Source: Escherichia phage Cyrano
DNA length: 64,000 nt
Sequence record: OV696614
Direction: 5' to 3' (one strand)
In this document: in pieces, positions 9,473 to 18,951 of the stretch
Position numbering within the stretch: the stretch's first letter is position 1
How the letters are laid out: every line of letters begins with the position of its first letter
Position numbers and translations under genes: made by a program
The notes under the pieces: generated by a model
What the model saw: only the letters and a program-made list of their open reading frames with translations
Database searches by the model: none
Told to the model about the DNA's origin: nothing

Positions 9473-10417
9473 GTGAATTATCTCTTCGTAGATGGCAATA
9501 GCCTGGGTTATTACCACCAACAATCTGACAAATTGCACAACGGCGAAATGGAAGTACAGGCTGCTTTCGGCTTTGTTAAGAACGTCCGTCGTTATGCCTC
9601 CATCCTCCATGCCCGACCTATGATTCTTTGGGATGGATTTAGTGACAAGCGTCGCGACTTTTACCCGGACTACAAGGCAAATCGCGACGACGATCCTGAT
9701 ATGAAAAAGATGAAGGAAGGCTTTGCTATCCAGAAGCCATACATCCTCAAAATGATGACCGCGCTTGGAGTTACCCAACTCATTGCAAAAGATGCAGAAG
9801 CGGATGATCTGGCCGGGCTGCTGGTATCCCGCATGGCACCGCAGCCAACCGTTGAACACATCTATCTGTTAACAGGCGATAGCGACTGGCTTCAGTTAGT
9901 TCGTGAAAACGTAAGCTGGGTAAGCCTGCGTGAAGACGCCAAAAACAAGCAGGTTAATTTTGAGCAATTTGCGGAGCTGACAGGATTCGCTACTCCTCGC
10001 GCATTTTTGGAAGCAAAAGCATTACAAGGCGATAAATCGGACAACATTAGCGGTGTTGGTGGCATTGGTGCTGGCGGTGCGAAAGAGCTGCTGCATGAAT
10101 GGGGAAGTGTCGCAACGATGGTACGCGGCATCAACGACGGCTCAATCGTGGTTGACAAAGGACGCCATAAGACCGCCTTCAACAAACTAGCGAAGAATGC
10201 CTTCAACGAGAAAACAGGCTGTCGAATGCTCGAAGCGTTCAAGAGAAACATCACGCTAATGAACCTGATTGAGACGAAGTTTCCGCCTACCGAAATCGAA
10301 ACAATCAAAGGCAATCGTGACGTGAAAGCATTCGAGCAACTGTGCTACGAGCTGAATTTCCGTTCGTTCCTTGAAGACCTTGAAGTGTTTGTTCTTCCAT
10401 TCGAAAGGTATTGCTAA
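9473..10417 (+). CDS. 5'-3' exonuclease / flap endonuclease (RNase H-like, FEN family)
   Basis: LFVDGNSLGYY N-terminal motif, EADDLAGLL, LTGDSDWLQLV, and H3TH-like GVGGIGAGGAKELL. Start set at GTG 9473 because the listed 9422 start lies inside the upstream terminator hairpin. Confidence 0.8.
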   Translation: MNYLFVDGNSLGYYHQQSDKLHNGEMEVQAAFGFVKNVRRYASILHARPMILWDGFSDKRRDFYPDYKANRDDDPDMKKMKEGFAIQKPYILKMMTALGVTQLIAKDAEADDLAGLLVSRMAPQPTVEHIYLLTGDSDWLQLVRENVSWVSLREDAKNKQVNFEQFAELTGFATPRAFLEAKALQGDKSDNISGVGGIGAGGAKELLHEWGSVATMVRGINDGSIVVDKGRHKTAFNKLAKNAFNEKTGCRMLEAFKRNITLMNLIETKFPPTEIETIKGNRDVKAFEQLCYELNFRSFLEDLEVFVLPFERYC

Positions 10418-10683
10418 TGCTTAAATCGATTATTAATGGCGCTACAACCACCCCCACCCAACTGGCAAAAGAGATTGTCTTTTATCACGGTGAGTACGCT
10501 GTCATCGCACTGCCGTCAATTCTAGGCGCTGCCGGAATGAAAGCGACAGATCGCGAGTTTGGATTAGTCAGCGAGCAGGTCGTAAAAATCCTCGCTCGTG
10601 TATCCAGACTCCTTAATCACGATGCGATTGTATTCGACGAATCCGCCGCTTTAAAACGAATCAACGAAACAAAAGGAGCCTGA
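10411..10683 (+). CDS. hypothetical protein
   Basis: 90-codon ORF tightly packed between the exonuclease and recombinase genes; no recognisable motif. Confidence 0.4.
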   Translation: MLMLKSIINGATTTPTQLAKEIVFYHGEYAVIALPSILGAAGMKATDREFGLVSEQVVKILARVSRLLNHDAIVFDESAALKRINETKGA

Positions 10684-10685
10684 TC

Positions 10686-13025
10686 ATGGCAAAAGGAAAA
10701 TCCGCACTGGCACTTGCTCTGAAAAAGAAAATCGGTAGCAACGACGAAATTCAGAAAGTAACTCATTGGATTGACACAGGCTTTCCTCCGTTAAACAAAG
10801 CTATTTCCGGTCGTTACGATGGCGGTTTCCCATGTGGTCGTATCGTAGAAGTATTCGGGCCACCAAGCGCGGGGAAATGTGTTACCGCAGACACCATGCT
10901 GCTGACGGAGCGTGGAATGGTAACAGTGAAAGAACTGTTTGAGATTGAGGGGCACAAAGCAACATGCACTACTCGCGATGTAGAGCATAACGTTGGACTC
11001 ATCAATGAAAATGGCGTGATAGAGAAGACCTCACACCTGACATGGAACAACCGTCGCAAATTCAAGCGTATTAAGCTGGCATCAGGCGGTTATATCGAGG
11101 CTACGTTCCGTCACCCAATCCGTGTGGTTGACGACTTAGGTAATGTCGTCTGGCGACATGCTGAAAAAATCAGTGTAGGCGACACGATTCCTTCAATGGT
11201 TGGCACACATCAATTCGGCGATCAGCACCTGGATGCCAATATCGCAAAACTGATGGGCTATTTAATTGCTGACGGATACGTGGCCTCTGAAAATTCAGTG
11301 AATTTTTCTAACACAGATCCTTTCATCAAGGATGAGTACTACCGCCTCATTTCGCTGGTATCAGACAAGATGCCAGTTACGAGAAAACATAACGGCTCGG
11401 AAGACCATGTGCTGTTTAGCAAAGAGGTGCGTTCGCTGCTTTTTAAAGAGTATGGTCTGGAGTATGAGAAAGCTGCTGGCAAGCAGGTTCCGTTGAGTGT
11501 GCGTCGCGCCAATAGCGAGGCTCAAATTGCATTCCTTCGCGGCTACTTTGAGCTGGAATGCCACGTCAATGATGGTCGCTGCATTGAGGTTGTGAGCGCG
11601 AGTGGGCTGCTGCTACAGCAAATTCGCCTCATGCTCCTGAATCTGGGGATTACGTCAACTATCTCTGAAAAACACGTCGCGGGTTATGAAAATACATATT
11701 ACCGGCTGTCATTCAGTGGCTCTAATTACGACCTTTTTCTGTCAACGATTGGTTTCGAATCTCCGGCACGTTTATCAGTGGCAACCAAACGGGACATTGG
11801 TTTTGACCGCACTTACTCAGGCTATGTTCCGCACATCAGCGGCTTAGTGAAATCACTCTACGAGTCGCTCACCAAGACCACCCGTGAAGACTACGCTCTG
11901 GTAGACCACGTTATTGGCCGCGGCGATCGTGTCGGAATAGACAAACTGCGAGAAATCTATGTCTCCTTCATTGGCAGAAAGAATCGTTTTAACGAGCATC
12001 TGTTTGCACAACTGGCAGCGGTAATTGGCTCTAACTTGTTCTACGACGAAGTCGTGGCTATTGAGGAAGGTGAAGCACCAACGTTCGACGTAGCGATGCC
12101 GGAAACACACTCTTTCTGGTCTAACGGGATTATCAGCCACAACACATTCCTTGCAACAGCAGCGATGATCTCCGCTCAAAAACAAGATGGTCTGGCGGTA
12201 TTCCTCGATCATGAAAACAGTTTTGACGTTGGCCTGGCTGTAGCCAATGGCCTGAACGCAGATGAGGATGACGGTCAGTGGGTATACAAGCAGCCAGATA
12301 CCTTCGAAGACTCTGTAGAGTTGATCGGCACAATACTTAAATTGGTTCGTGATGAAGAGCTTATCCCCGAATCAGCACCTATCTGTATCGTGGCTGACTC
12401 TCTTGCGTCTATGGTTCCGAACTCCAAAGCCGAGAAGTTCGAAAAGATGGCTGAAGGCACTGCCAAAGACAAAGATCAGCTAAACATGAACGACAATACG
12501 GCACTGGCTCGTGCGACGAGTGCGAACTTCCCTACTCTGGCTTTGTGGGCACGCAAATACAACGCCTGCATCATCTTCTTGAATCAGGTTCGCACAAAAA
12601 TCGGTGTAATGTTTGGCGACCCTACTACGTCGCCAGGTGGAGATTCACCGAAGTTTTACGCTTCTGTGCGCATCCGTCTCGGTGCATCGGTGATGAAGGA
12701 TGGGAAAGAGAAGATCGGCCAGGACGTAGGCGCAGAATGCATCAAAAACAAAGTTGCACCACCGTATGGCAAATGCACCTGGAAATTCTACTTCGATCCT
12801 ACTCGTGGCCTCGACGTTATCGAGTCGCTCGTCGAGTACATGCTGGAAGAAGGATACCTGCCAAAGAACGCCAGCGGGCGAGTTGAAATTGGTGACAAGA
12901 AATACACCAAATCGCAGATCGTCGACATGTATCGGGAGAAGCCATTAGCAGAAATCATTGCTGCGTTACAGGCGATAGATGACCGACGAGAGAAGACATC
13001 ACCAACAGAAGAACTAGAAGATTAA
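10686..13025 (+). CDS. recA: RecA-family recombinase interrupted by an intein
   Basis: N-extein GRIVEVFGPPSAGK and C-extein TFLATAAMISAQ rebuild a RecA-like P-loop (GPPSAGKT). C-extein contains IFLNQVRTKIGVMFGDPTTSPGGDSPKFYASVRIR, very close to the RecA L2 region. Exteins total about 357 aa. Confidence 0.85.
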   Translation: MAKGKSALALALKKKIGSNDEIQKVTHWIDTGFPPLNKAISGRYDGGFPCGRIVEVFGPPSAGKCVTADTMLLTERGMVTVKELFEIEGHKATCTTRDVEHNVGLINENGVIEKTSHLTWNNRRKFKRIKLASGGYIEATFRHPIRVVDDLGNVVWRHAEKISVGDTIPSMVGTHQFGDQHLDANIAKLMGYLIADGYVASENSVNFSNTDPFIKDEYYRLISLVSDKMPVTRKHNGSEDHVLFSKEVRSLLFKEYGLEYEKAAGKQVPLSVRRANSEAQIAFLRGYFELECHVNDGRCIEVVSASGLLLQQIRLMLLNLGITSTISEKHVAGYENTYYRLSFSGSNYDLFLSTIGFESPARLSVATKRDIGFDRTYSGYVPHISGLVKSLYESLTKTTREDYALVDHVIGRGDRVGIDKLREIYVSFIGRKNRFNEHLFAQLAAVIGSNLFYDEVVAIEEGEAPTFDVAMPETHSFWSNGIISHNTFLATAAMISAQKQDGLAVFLDHENSFDVGLAVANGLNADEDDGQWVYKQPDTFEDSVELIGTILKLVRDEELIPESAPICIVADSLASMVPNSKAEKFEKMAEGTAKDKDQLNMNDNTALARATSANFPTLALWARKYNACIIFLNQVRTKIGVMFGDPTTSPGGDSPKFYASVRIRLGASVMKDGKEKIGQDVGAECIKNKVAPPYGKCTWKFYFDPTRGLDVIESLVEYMLEEGYLPKNASGRVEIGDKKYTKSQIVDMYREKPLAEIIAALQAIDDRREKTSPTEELED
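10878..12143 (+). mobile_element. intein with double-motif LAGLIDADG homing endonuclease, inserted in the RecA P-loop
   Basis: In-frame 422-aa insert starting with Cys (CVTADTML) and ending in His-Asn (IISHN) before Thr+1; LAGLIDADG-type motifs LMGYLIADGYV and FLRGYFELECHV. Confidence 0.75.
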
Positions 13026-13030
13026 TTATC

Positions 13031-13055
13031 AGGCGTCCAAACGGACGCCTTTATT
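13031..13055 (+). terminator. rho-independent terminator
   Basis: Hairpin AGGCGTCC-AAAC-GGACGCCT followed by T-tract, directly after the recombinase stop. Confidence 0.6.
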
Positions 13056-13118
13056 GTATGTTGAAAATGTATAAGCACTTACTTATCATTAGCACACAAT
13101 AACCACATAGGAAAACAC

Positions 13119-13319
13119 ATGTTCAAACTCTATCTTATGGCAGTAGTTACAGGTCTATCTGTAGTTTTCATCTACTGTTTGCTGGTTCCGTCGCTGATCT
13201 CTGCTAAAAGCGACATTGCCGTAATGCTTGGAATCATCGTTGCTTTTGGTGCTCCTGTGATCGGGTTTATTGCAGGTCGTAAGTTTCTAAAGTCACTCAT
13301 CAATTCGAAGGAGAAGTAA
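13119..13319 (+). CDS. small membrane protein (possible NfeD-like partner of the SPFH protein)
   Basis: 66 aa with two hydrophobic segments; stop lies 4 nt before the SPFH gene start. Confidence 0.45.
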   Translation: MFKLYLMAVVTGLSVVFIYCLLVPSLISAKSDIAVMLGIIVAFGAPVIGFIAGRKFLKSLINSKEK

Positions 13320-13322
13320 GTA

Positions 13323-14153
13323 ATGAAGAAAGGTTTACTTGCAGTTGCTCTGGCGGCTATTTGCACAATGGGTCTTACTGGCTGCGATCGCGTGGAGCCT
13401 GGATACGTTGGCATCAAAGTAAACAAATTAGGTGAAGACAAAGGGATTGGTGAAGTGGTTGGCGTTGGTCGCCAATGGACAGGTCTTAACACCGAACTTT
13501 ACGTATTCCCGACCTTCAAACAAATGAAGACCTACGACGAGCCGTTCACATTCCAGATGAGTGACGGTACTGCTATTGGTCACAAAATTGGCGTTGCGTA
13601 TCTGGTTAATCGTGACAAGGTAACGACGGTGTTCCAGACCTATCGCAAAGGCGTAGACGATATCACCGAATCAGATCTGCGTCAGAAAATTGCCGACTCT
13701 CTAAACCGTTTGGCCAGCCGTATGACCACTGACTCATTTATCGACGGTGGTAAGGCACAATTGCTGGACAACGCACTGAAAGATATTCAGAAAGAGATGT
13801 CTCCGGTTGGTATTGAGGTACTGAGCCTGTCATGGGTTGGAAAGCCTGATTACCCAAAAACTGTCATTGAATCTATTAACGCCAAAGTAACGGCTAACCA
13901 GCGTACTCTGCAACGTCAGCAGGAAGTTGAACAACGTAAAGCTGAGGCGAATATGCTACGTGAACAGGCTAATGGTGAAGCTGATGCTATCCGTGCTCGT
14001 GCGCAAGCAGAAGCAGACGCCATTCGTCTGCGCGGTGAAGCTCTGCGTCAAAACCCGAACGTTATGGAACTGGAAGCCATCAATAAATGGAATGGCCAGT
14101 TACCGCAGTACATGACTCAAGGGGCTAACACTCCTTTCATTACAGTGAAATAA
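13323..14153 (+). CDS. SPFH/band-7 (prohibitin/HflC-like) domain lipoprotein
   Basis: Lipobox LTGC after a signal peptide; band-7-like core; C-terminal coiled-coil with Ala/Glu/Arg repeats (EADAIRARAQAEADAIRLRGEALR). Confidence 0.6.
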   Translation: MKKGLLAVALAAICTMGLTGCDRVEPGYVGIKVNKLGEDKGIGEVVGVGRQWTGLNTELYVFPTFKQMKTYDEPFTFQMSDGTAIGHKIGVAYLVNRDKVTTVFQTYRKGVDDITESDLRQKIADSLNRLASRMTTDSFIDGGKAQLLDNALKDIQKEMSPVGIEVLSLSWVGKPDYPKTVIESINAKVTANQRTLQRQQEVEQRKAEANMLREQANGEADAIRARAQAEADAIRLRGEALRQNPNVMELEAINKWNGQLPQYMTQGANTPFITVK

Positions 14154-14169
14154 CTCCCCTTAAAAGTTC

Positions 14170-14196
14170 AGGCGTCCAGTTGGACGCCTTTTTTAT
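14170..14196 (+). terminator. rho-independent terminator
   Basis: Hairpin AGGCGTCC-AGTT-GGACGCCT followed by TTTTTT. Confidence 0.6.
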
Positions 14197-14367
14197 CGCA
14201 ATTATCTTATTAAGAAAACAATTTGTTTAAAGGGTTAAGAAAATATAACAGCTATTAAGAAACTCTACGATGCCGCAAACGCGGCTCTGGATGTTATTGA
14301 TGATGAAGTATCAAAAGGCTTTCCTGAACCTGATTGGGCGCATCAGCTACGAAACGCTATCGCCGAA

Positions 14368-14670
14368 ATGAATCCACCAGATCCGACCACCGAGGAGACA
14401 GACTGGCAGCGATTCATCCGTATGTACGCTCAGGAAATAGGTCCAACGCCAACGGCAGAGCAGGCAATGCTGCTGAAATACTTCAAAGAGGCGGGAGAGG
14501 ATTTACCAATTGATGACTCAGCATATTGGTTCCACTGCGCATGGCGTAAGTATGACGTGATATTCACACAAGGCATGGGAAGCAAAGATATGGTTGTGTG
14601 GCATCTACTCCATATAGACACAGCCGTTGACAGAGTTATTGAACAGTTTTTCCCTAAACAAGAAGATTGA
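14368..14670 (+). CDS. hypothetical protein; true start may lie upstream at a non-ATG codon
   Basis: Listed ORF starts at ATG 14368, but the same frame stays open and protein-like back to 14239 (…KKLYDAANAALDVIDDEVSKGFPEPDWAHQLRNAIAE-M…) with no in-frame ATG/GTG/TTG; ATT at 14254 is a candidate start. Confidence 0.4.
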   Translation: MNPPDPTTEETDWQRFIRMYAQEIGPTPTAEQAMLLKYFKEAGEDLPIDDSAYWFHCAWRKYDVIFTQGMGSKDMVVWHLLHIDTAVDRVIEQFFPKQED

Positions 14671-14725
14671 TCGCCTATTCATAACTAACAAAATAAGTAA
14701 ACACTAACCACAAAAGGAAAAACAC

Positions 14726-15001
14726 ATGAGAGTTTTAGTTCGAATCGTTACCAGCACTGTCTATGACGTGTTTCCGGTTTTTATGGTCAAAGCCGATGGC
14801 CTTAACGACGAAGAAACTGACGCGCTGATCCAGCGTATTCTCGTTGAATATACAGGTCATGACGCTGATTCAGTGATGGTTGATGATGATGGTGTTTGTT
14901 GGCATAACGGCAACTGTTGGTACGTAGAAGAGACTCAACAAATCAGTGATGAAGATGCCGAACATCTTGAGCGTATTTTAAGCATCAGCACTTTTGAGTG
15001 A
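14726..15001 (+). CDS. hypothetical acidic protein
   Basis: 91-codon ORF preceded by the AGGAAAAACACATG start context seen at many genes in this window. Confidence 0.45.
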   Translation: MRVLVRIVTSTVYDVFPVFMVKADGLNDEETDALIQRILVEYTGHDADSVMVDDDGVCWHNGNCWYVEETQQISDEDAEHLERILSISTFE

Positions 15002-15039
15002 GTTTACAGTAAAATTTATATAAGTTAGTATCTACCTAT

Positions 15040-15219
15040 CATGAAGATTTTTATTGAATACTTGTTACTCATCGTTTCAATAGCTTTTGTCATCGACTGC
15101 ATTTTCACTGGTGTCATTCGTAAAGTCTTTTCCCCGGTGCACGACGTAGTCATAAACGCTTTGGCTATCGTGCTCGTATTTAATTCAGCATTTGATGTAA
15201 TCAAAGAGGTGGCAGCATG
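15040..15219 (+). CDS. small hydrophobic protein (not in supplied ORF track)
   Basis: 59-codon ORF read from the sequence (MKIFIEYLLLIVSIAFVIDCIFTGV...); stop overlaps the ATG of the next gene (ATGA). Confidence 0.3.
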
Positions 15220-15552
15220 AAGGCCATCCCATTCGCGCTGTTGTTCCTTTCTTCGATCGTTGTGGCCGACACCACTGTTTATCAGTGTGAAATGTCTGTA
15301 GCCGACGTTAAGAATGGCGCTCTTACCGACGTCATAAAAGCACCATATGGAGCGATGGTCGTAGACAGCGGCGACCAGTTCTATGTTGTGCGTGACGATC
15401 GAGTGTTGTCATCCCCATATCTCACAAATCGTAATGGCAAATTAACCGGCGTCGGAGAAGACCACTTCGTATACAACAAATACAAGGGCTTCTATGGCGT
15501 TCACGCTTCTCAGCAAAGCTACCTTTTCGATGACTGCAAGGAGGTTGGATAA
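15217..15552 (+). CDS. secreted hypothetical protein
   Basis: N-terminal signal-peptide-like segment MKAIPFALLFLSSIVVA; start overlaps upstream stop. Confidence 0.45.
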   Translation: MKAIPFALLFLSSIVVADTTVYQCEMSVADVKNGALTDVIKAPYGAMVVDSGDQFYVVRDDRVLSSPYLTNRNGKLTGVGEDHFVYNKYKGFYGVHASQQSYLFDDCKEVG

Positions 15553-15764
15553 TGGCATTAACACTGGCAGGTCTGGAAATCGAGAAAACAAGCGGCTACT
15601 GGCGTGCCAAGGGTTTCAAGCAACCTGGCATTCTTGAGCGTCTGGAACGTGAAGATGGGTATATCGTCCACCAGCGGCGTGAATGGCGTATGTACAATCC
15701 AGAAACAGGAAAACTGACTACAAAAGCCGGAACACTTTGGGGTCTGTTGAAGAAAATACACTAA
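15552..15764 (+). CDS. hypothetical protein
   Basis: 70-codon ORF coupled to the upstream gene (ATAATG overlap). Confidence 0.4.
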   Translation: MALTLAGLEIEKTSGYWRAKGFKQPGILERLEREDGYIVHQRREWRMYNPETGKLTTKAGTLWGLLKKIH

Positions 15765-15773
15765 TAGCACCAA

Positions 15774-16250
15774 CCACTGCGGTGAGTAGTCTGCTCACCG
15801 CATTCGTATCCAGCTCATTATCCACTGTAGTCAGTAACAAAACCTTCCTACATATCTGCTAACCACTGTAGCGAGTAGACAGCCTTTCATTCGCATCAAA
15901 CAACCACTATGGTGAGTATTGGAGTGAGATGTCCAGCGGGTATCCACTATGGTGAGTAAGCCTTTGCTGTTTTCAGTGGATATCCACTCGCCACAGTGGA
16001 TACGCTCAAAGATGAGGGCGACAACAACCACTATAGACAGTAAATTTTCCAAGATACCCAGTGACCACTAACCTCGCAGCCCTTGTTTCATCAGTGTTAG
16101 TGATCACTAACATTTAATTCAGTATTTGCATTCTACTGCCTACAGTGGTTATCAACAGATAACGATACTCACTATAGTGGATAGCGAATTACAGATATAA
16201 GTAAGGCTCACTACAGTGGATAGTGAGCCTTACTACTAACTACAGTGGTT
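15774..16250. repeat. iteron array downstream of repA (incA-like), about 11 copies in both orientations
   Basis: Repeated core CCACT(A/G)T(A/G)G / CTA(T/C)AGTGGATA, e.g. CCACTATGGTGAGTA, CCACTGTAGCGAGTAG, CACTATAGTGGATAG, CACTACAGTGGATAGTG, plus the palindrome CCACTCGCCACAGTGG. Confidence 0.7.
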
Positions 16251-16253
16251 GGG

Positions 16254-17309
16254 CTATTTGCGAGTCTTTGCCTTGCGCAACTCTTCGAGAAGCGCCAGTT
16301 CTTCTTTACTCAACATGACCATTTTGCCTTCTTTTTCGTCAGGCACAACGTCGATAATGTCATCTTGATTCTCATCTGGGAGGCTATATTCCGTCTCATC
16401 ATTATCGATTTTTGTTGATATTTGTGCCTGGCGTAACTTTGGCCGCCTATAGTGGATGACGAAGTAGACCGAGTTTCCGCGCTTAACTTCCGTGTAATCG
16501 AGATATCCTATCTCTCGCAGCTGTTCCATAGCCTTTCTTACCGTCGCATTCTGAGTAATAGTGCGACTTGTCAGATTAAGTCTGGCGCGTAAACGGGCTA
16601 GTGATATTGGTGCCGGATCAGGCGGCAAACTTTCAATAAAAGTATAAAGCGCCTGAGCGGATTCTTTTCTTGAGAGTTCGTTTATAGCCCGGAGTTGCAG
16701 AAGAACCTTTTTGTCGAACTGGTAGAGTTCGAAAATCTTGGGATCTGCTTTCAGTTCGACCGTATCGTGCTTGACACTATATTTTGCCGTTTGCACAAGA
16801 TGCGTTACGTAAAACTCATCAGAGCCTTTGCTACGGAACGAGATGGTATTTGTGGCAATACGGCTTAGCGAACTGTCCAGGCGTTTGCGTAACTTCGCTG
16901 ATGACCTGGCGGTCGGAATGCCACACAGCCTTACAAACTCAACGAACGGCAACGTGACAGTATCGCCAACGACCTTGTGTTTGGCAAACGCGTGGATTAT
17001 TCCCACCCACGTTTTAAAGTCGTTATCCATATCAAGCCGAAGGCCAGAGATCCTTATGTCTTCGTACCCTTCGGCTTTTGCCAGAGACAGCTGTTTGAGT
17101 TCAGCAGAGGCATCCATAGAGACCATTTGCCCCTTTCTTCCTCTGGATGTCGATTTCAGCGTCGGAACGAAGAGGCCCAGACGCATCAAAGCAACAGGCT
17201 GAACAGTGTTATTAGTGTTAGGAACCAACGTAACAACTTCGCCTGTCTTTTTATCTGTTTCTGAAAATGCTTCAACGATCGCTATGTTTTTATTGCCGTT
17301 TTCGCTCAT
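16254..17309 (-). CDS. repA: iteron-binding replication initiator (RepA/Rep_3-like)
   Basis: 351 aa flanked on both sides by iteron arrays; C-terminal half has a winged-helix-like pattern typical of Rep_3 initiators (…ALYTFIESL…[12 protein letters not shown]…[19 protein letters not shown]…). Confidence 0.65.
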   Translation of the reverse strand: MSENGNKNIAIVEAFSETDKKTGEVVTLVPNTNNTVQPVALMRLGLFVPTLKSTSRGRKGQMVSMDASAELKQLSLAKAEGYEDIRISGLRLDMDNDFKTWVGIIHAFAKHKVVGDTVTLPFVEFVRLCGIPTARSSAKLRKRLDSSLSRIATNTISFRSKGSDEFYVTHLVQTAKYSVKHDTVELKADPKIFELYQFDKKVLLQLRAINELSRKESAQALYTFIESLPPDPAPISLARLRARLNLTSRTITQNATVRKAMEQLREIGYLDYTEVKRGNSVYFVIHYRRPKLRQAQISTKIDNDETEYSLPDENQDDIIDVVPDEKEGKMVMLSKEELALLEELRKAKTRK

Positions 17310-17355
17310 TCCAAATGTCTCTTGTTATTCGACGGCTTTGGTGGCCTTTGCTGAT

Positions 17356-17473
17356 TACAGTGGATAGTAGCACTCATCACAGCGGTTATCCTACCGTCTA
17401 TAGTGGTTTTTCTCCTCTCTATAGTGGTTGCTTTGCTCCCTATAGTGGATTATTCGCTCTCTATAGTGGATAT
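17356..17473. repeat. iteron array upstream of repA (incC-like), 22-bp periodicity
   Basis: CTATAGTGG repeated four times at 20-22 bp spacing (17397-17473) plus two degenerate copies (TTACAGTGGATAG, CACAGCGGTTATC). Confidence 0.7.
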
Positions 17474-17474
17474 C

Positions 17475-17966
17475 GATCATGTCTGAAGGCAGATGGCACA
17501 ACGGTTTGAGGTGGGCGGGGATCTTATTGGGTCTTTATGGGTCTCTTTGGTTCTCTTTGTGATCTGAATTACTGGATCGGGCCTGTGGATAAAAATCAGA
17601 GGATTTCAAGAACAGGTAACTCTACTCTTCTGTGGATATTTAAGGACATAAGAATCATGACTAAGAGTAGAGTTTAAAATATATCTATGTATATCAGTAT
17701 GTTAATGAAGAATTAAGTCATTAAGTTATCCATAAAAGACAATGTGCTCTACTCTCTACAGTGGATATATACAGCTCTCCAGAGTGGTTGTTTTACTCTT
17801 CATAGCGGTTATTCAGCTCTCTACAGAGGTTTCTTTGCTCTCCATAGTGGATGGCAACACCCTTTCAGACCAGTAACCGCAACGGCTAGAGGCGATCGGG
17901 GATCTCTTTGGATCTTCTATTTGATCTTACTTGGGATCTCTTATTTGGATCTATCCAGTGGATAAC
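17475..17966. promoter_or_regulatory. origin-like region: DnaA boxes, AT-rich segment, second degenerate iteron set and GATC clusters
   Basis: Perfect DnaA box TGTGGATAA at 17585-17593 and near-matches at 17631, 17726 and 17958; degenerate 21-22 bp iterons at 17744-17870; six GATC sites within 17894-17951; a related degenerate block at 17510-17578. Confidence 0.55.
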
Positions 17967-18052
17967 TGGGATAAGTAAAACAGGCAAATGCAGATTAAGG
18001 TATGCCTAATGAGTTATCGTAGCATCGGCCAATAACTACTGAAAAAACGATT

Positions 18053-18697
18053 ATGGATCTAAAACGCACGCGCTGGGTTCGTCGTCTTGAGGACGGCTCC
18101 TACACTATCGAATCAAATTCCAACCTGAATAAGCAGAAGTTACTTTGTGATATCTGCGGTATAGCGGCGAAGTGCCCGATCTACGAAACCAGAATTAAAC
18201 TTGATAAGGCTGGTGTGAACTTTCATTTGAATAGTTGTATCAGGTACGTTCCATTGCTCGCATTTCGTAAACCGATCATCGGATTGGATGCGCCCTACTT
18301 CAACACACTCCGTTCAGGAGTAACGTGGCGAGATCGTTTAACACCAGACAAACTGATTTGCCTTGTATCCGCAGATACAGGAAAAATCATTCGTTTTGGG
18401 AAAGTAGACAAGGTTTACTCAGGCCCAGTTGACGAGATGTTGCGGAAACACAGCCGGTTTAATCACCTCTGCATGGGTGGTGAGAAAATCGAGAAGGTTG
18501 AAGAAGTGATCCGCAAATCCTACGGACACTTCCTGACCAAAGATAGCCTGCTCACTGCAATCTACATCAGACATGTAAAACGTGAGTTCGACCTTGAATA
18601 CCATAGCGAAGAAGAACTGAACCTTGTCGATCCACGTCCTAAAGCTGGCGTCATAAGCATAAATGCAGCGCGTAAAAAGCCCACTGACGCGCTGTAA
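18053..18697 (+). CDS. hypothetical protein
   Basis: 214-codon ORF next to the origin region; no recognisable motif. Confidence 0.45.
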   Translation: MDLKRTRWVRRLEDGSYTIESNSNLNKQKLLCDICGIAAKCPIYETRIKLDKAGVNFHLNSCIRYVPLLAFRKPIIGLDAPYFNTLRSGVTWRDRLTPDKLICLVSADTGKIIRFGKVDKVYSGPVDEMLRKHSRFNHLCMGGEKIEKVEEVIRKSYGHFLTKDSLLTAIYIRHVKREFDLEYHSEEELNLVDPRPKAGVISINAARKKPTDAL

Positions 18698-18951
18698 CCC
18701 TCCAGATCGTATATTGGCGTAGATAGAATCTACGCCCCCTCAAAATAGCTCTCATAGCGTTCTACAGTGATCCAGTCTTATTTTTAGTCATACAGACAAG
18801 CAAAGTTGCGCCACGATAAATAGGTATATACTTACTTATAAATTTTGTATATTAAGGCGCTCGTTTCATTCCTAACATACCGTTATGCATAGTTGTTTAC
18901 CTCCTCATTGCTCTTAGAATTTGTATCAAAATAACCACAAAGGAAAAACAC

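Noticed and set aside
15774-17870. Possible CRISPR array
   Set aside because: Repeats are short (about 12-19 bp), occur in both orientations with variable spacing and flank a replication initiator gene; this fits iterons, not CRISPR repeats with unique spacers. No cas genes seen.
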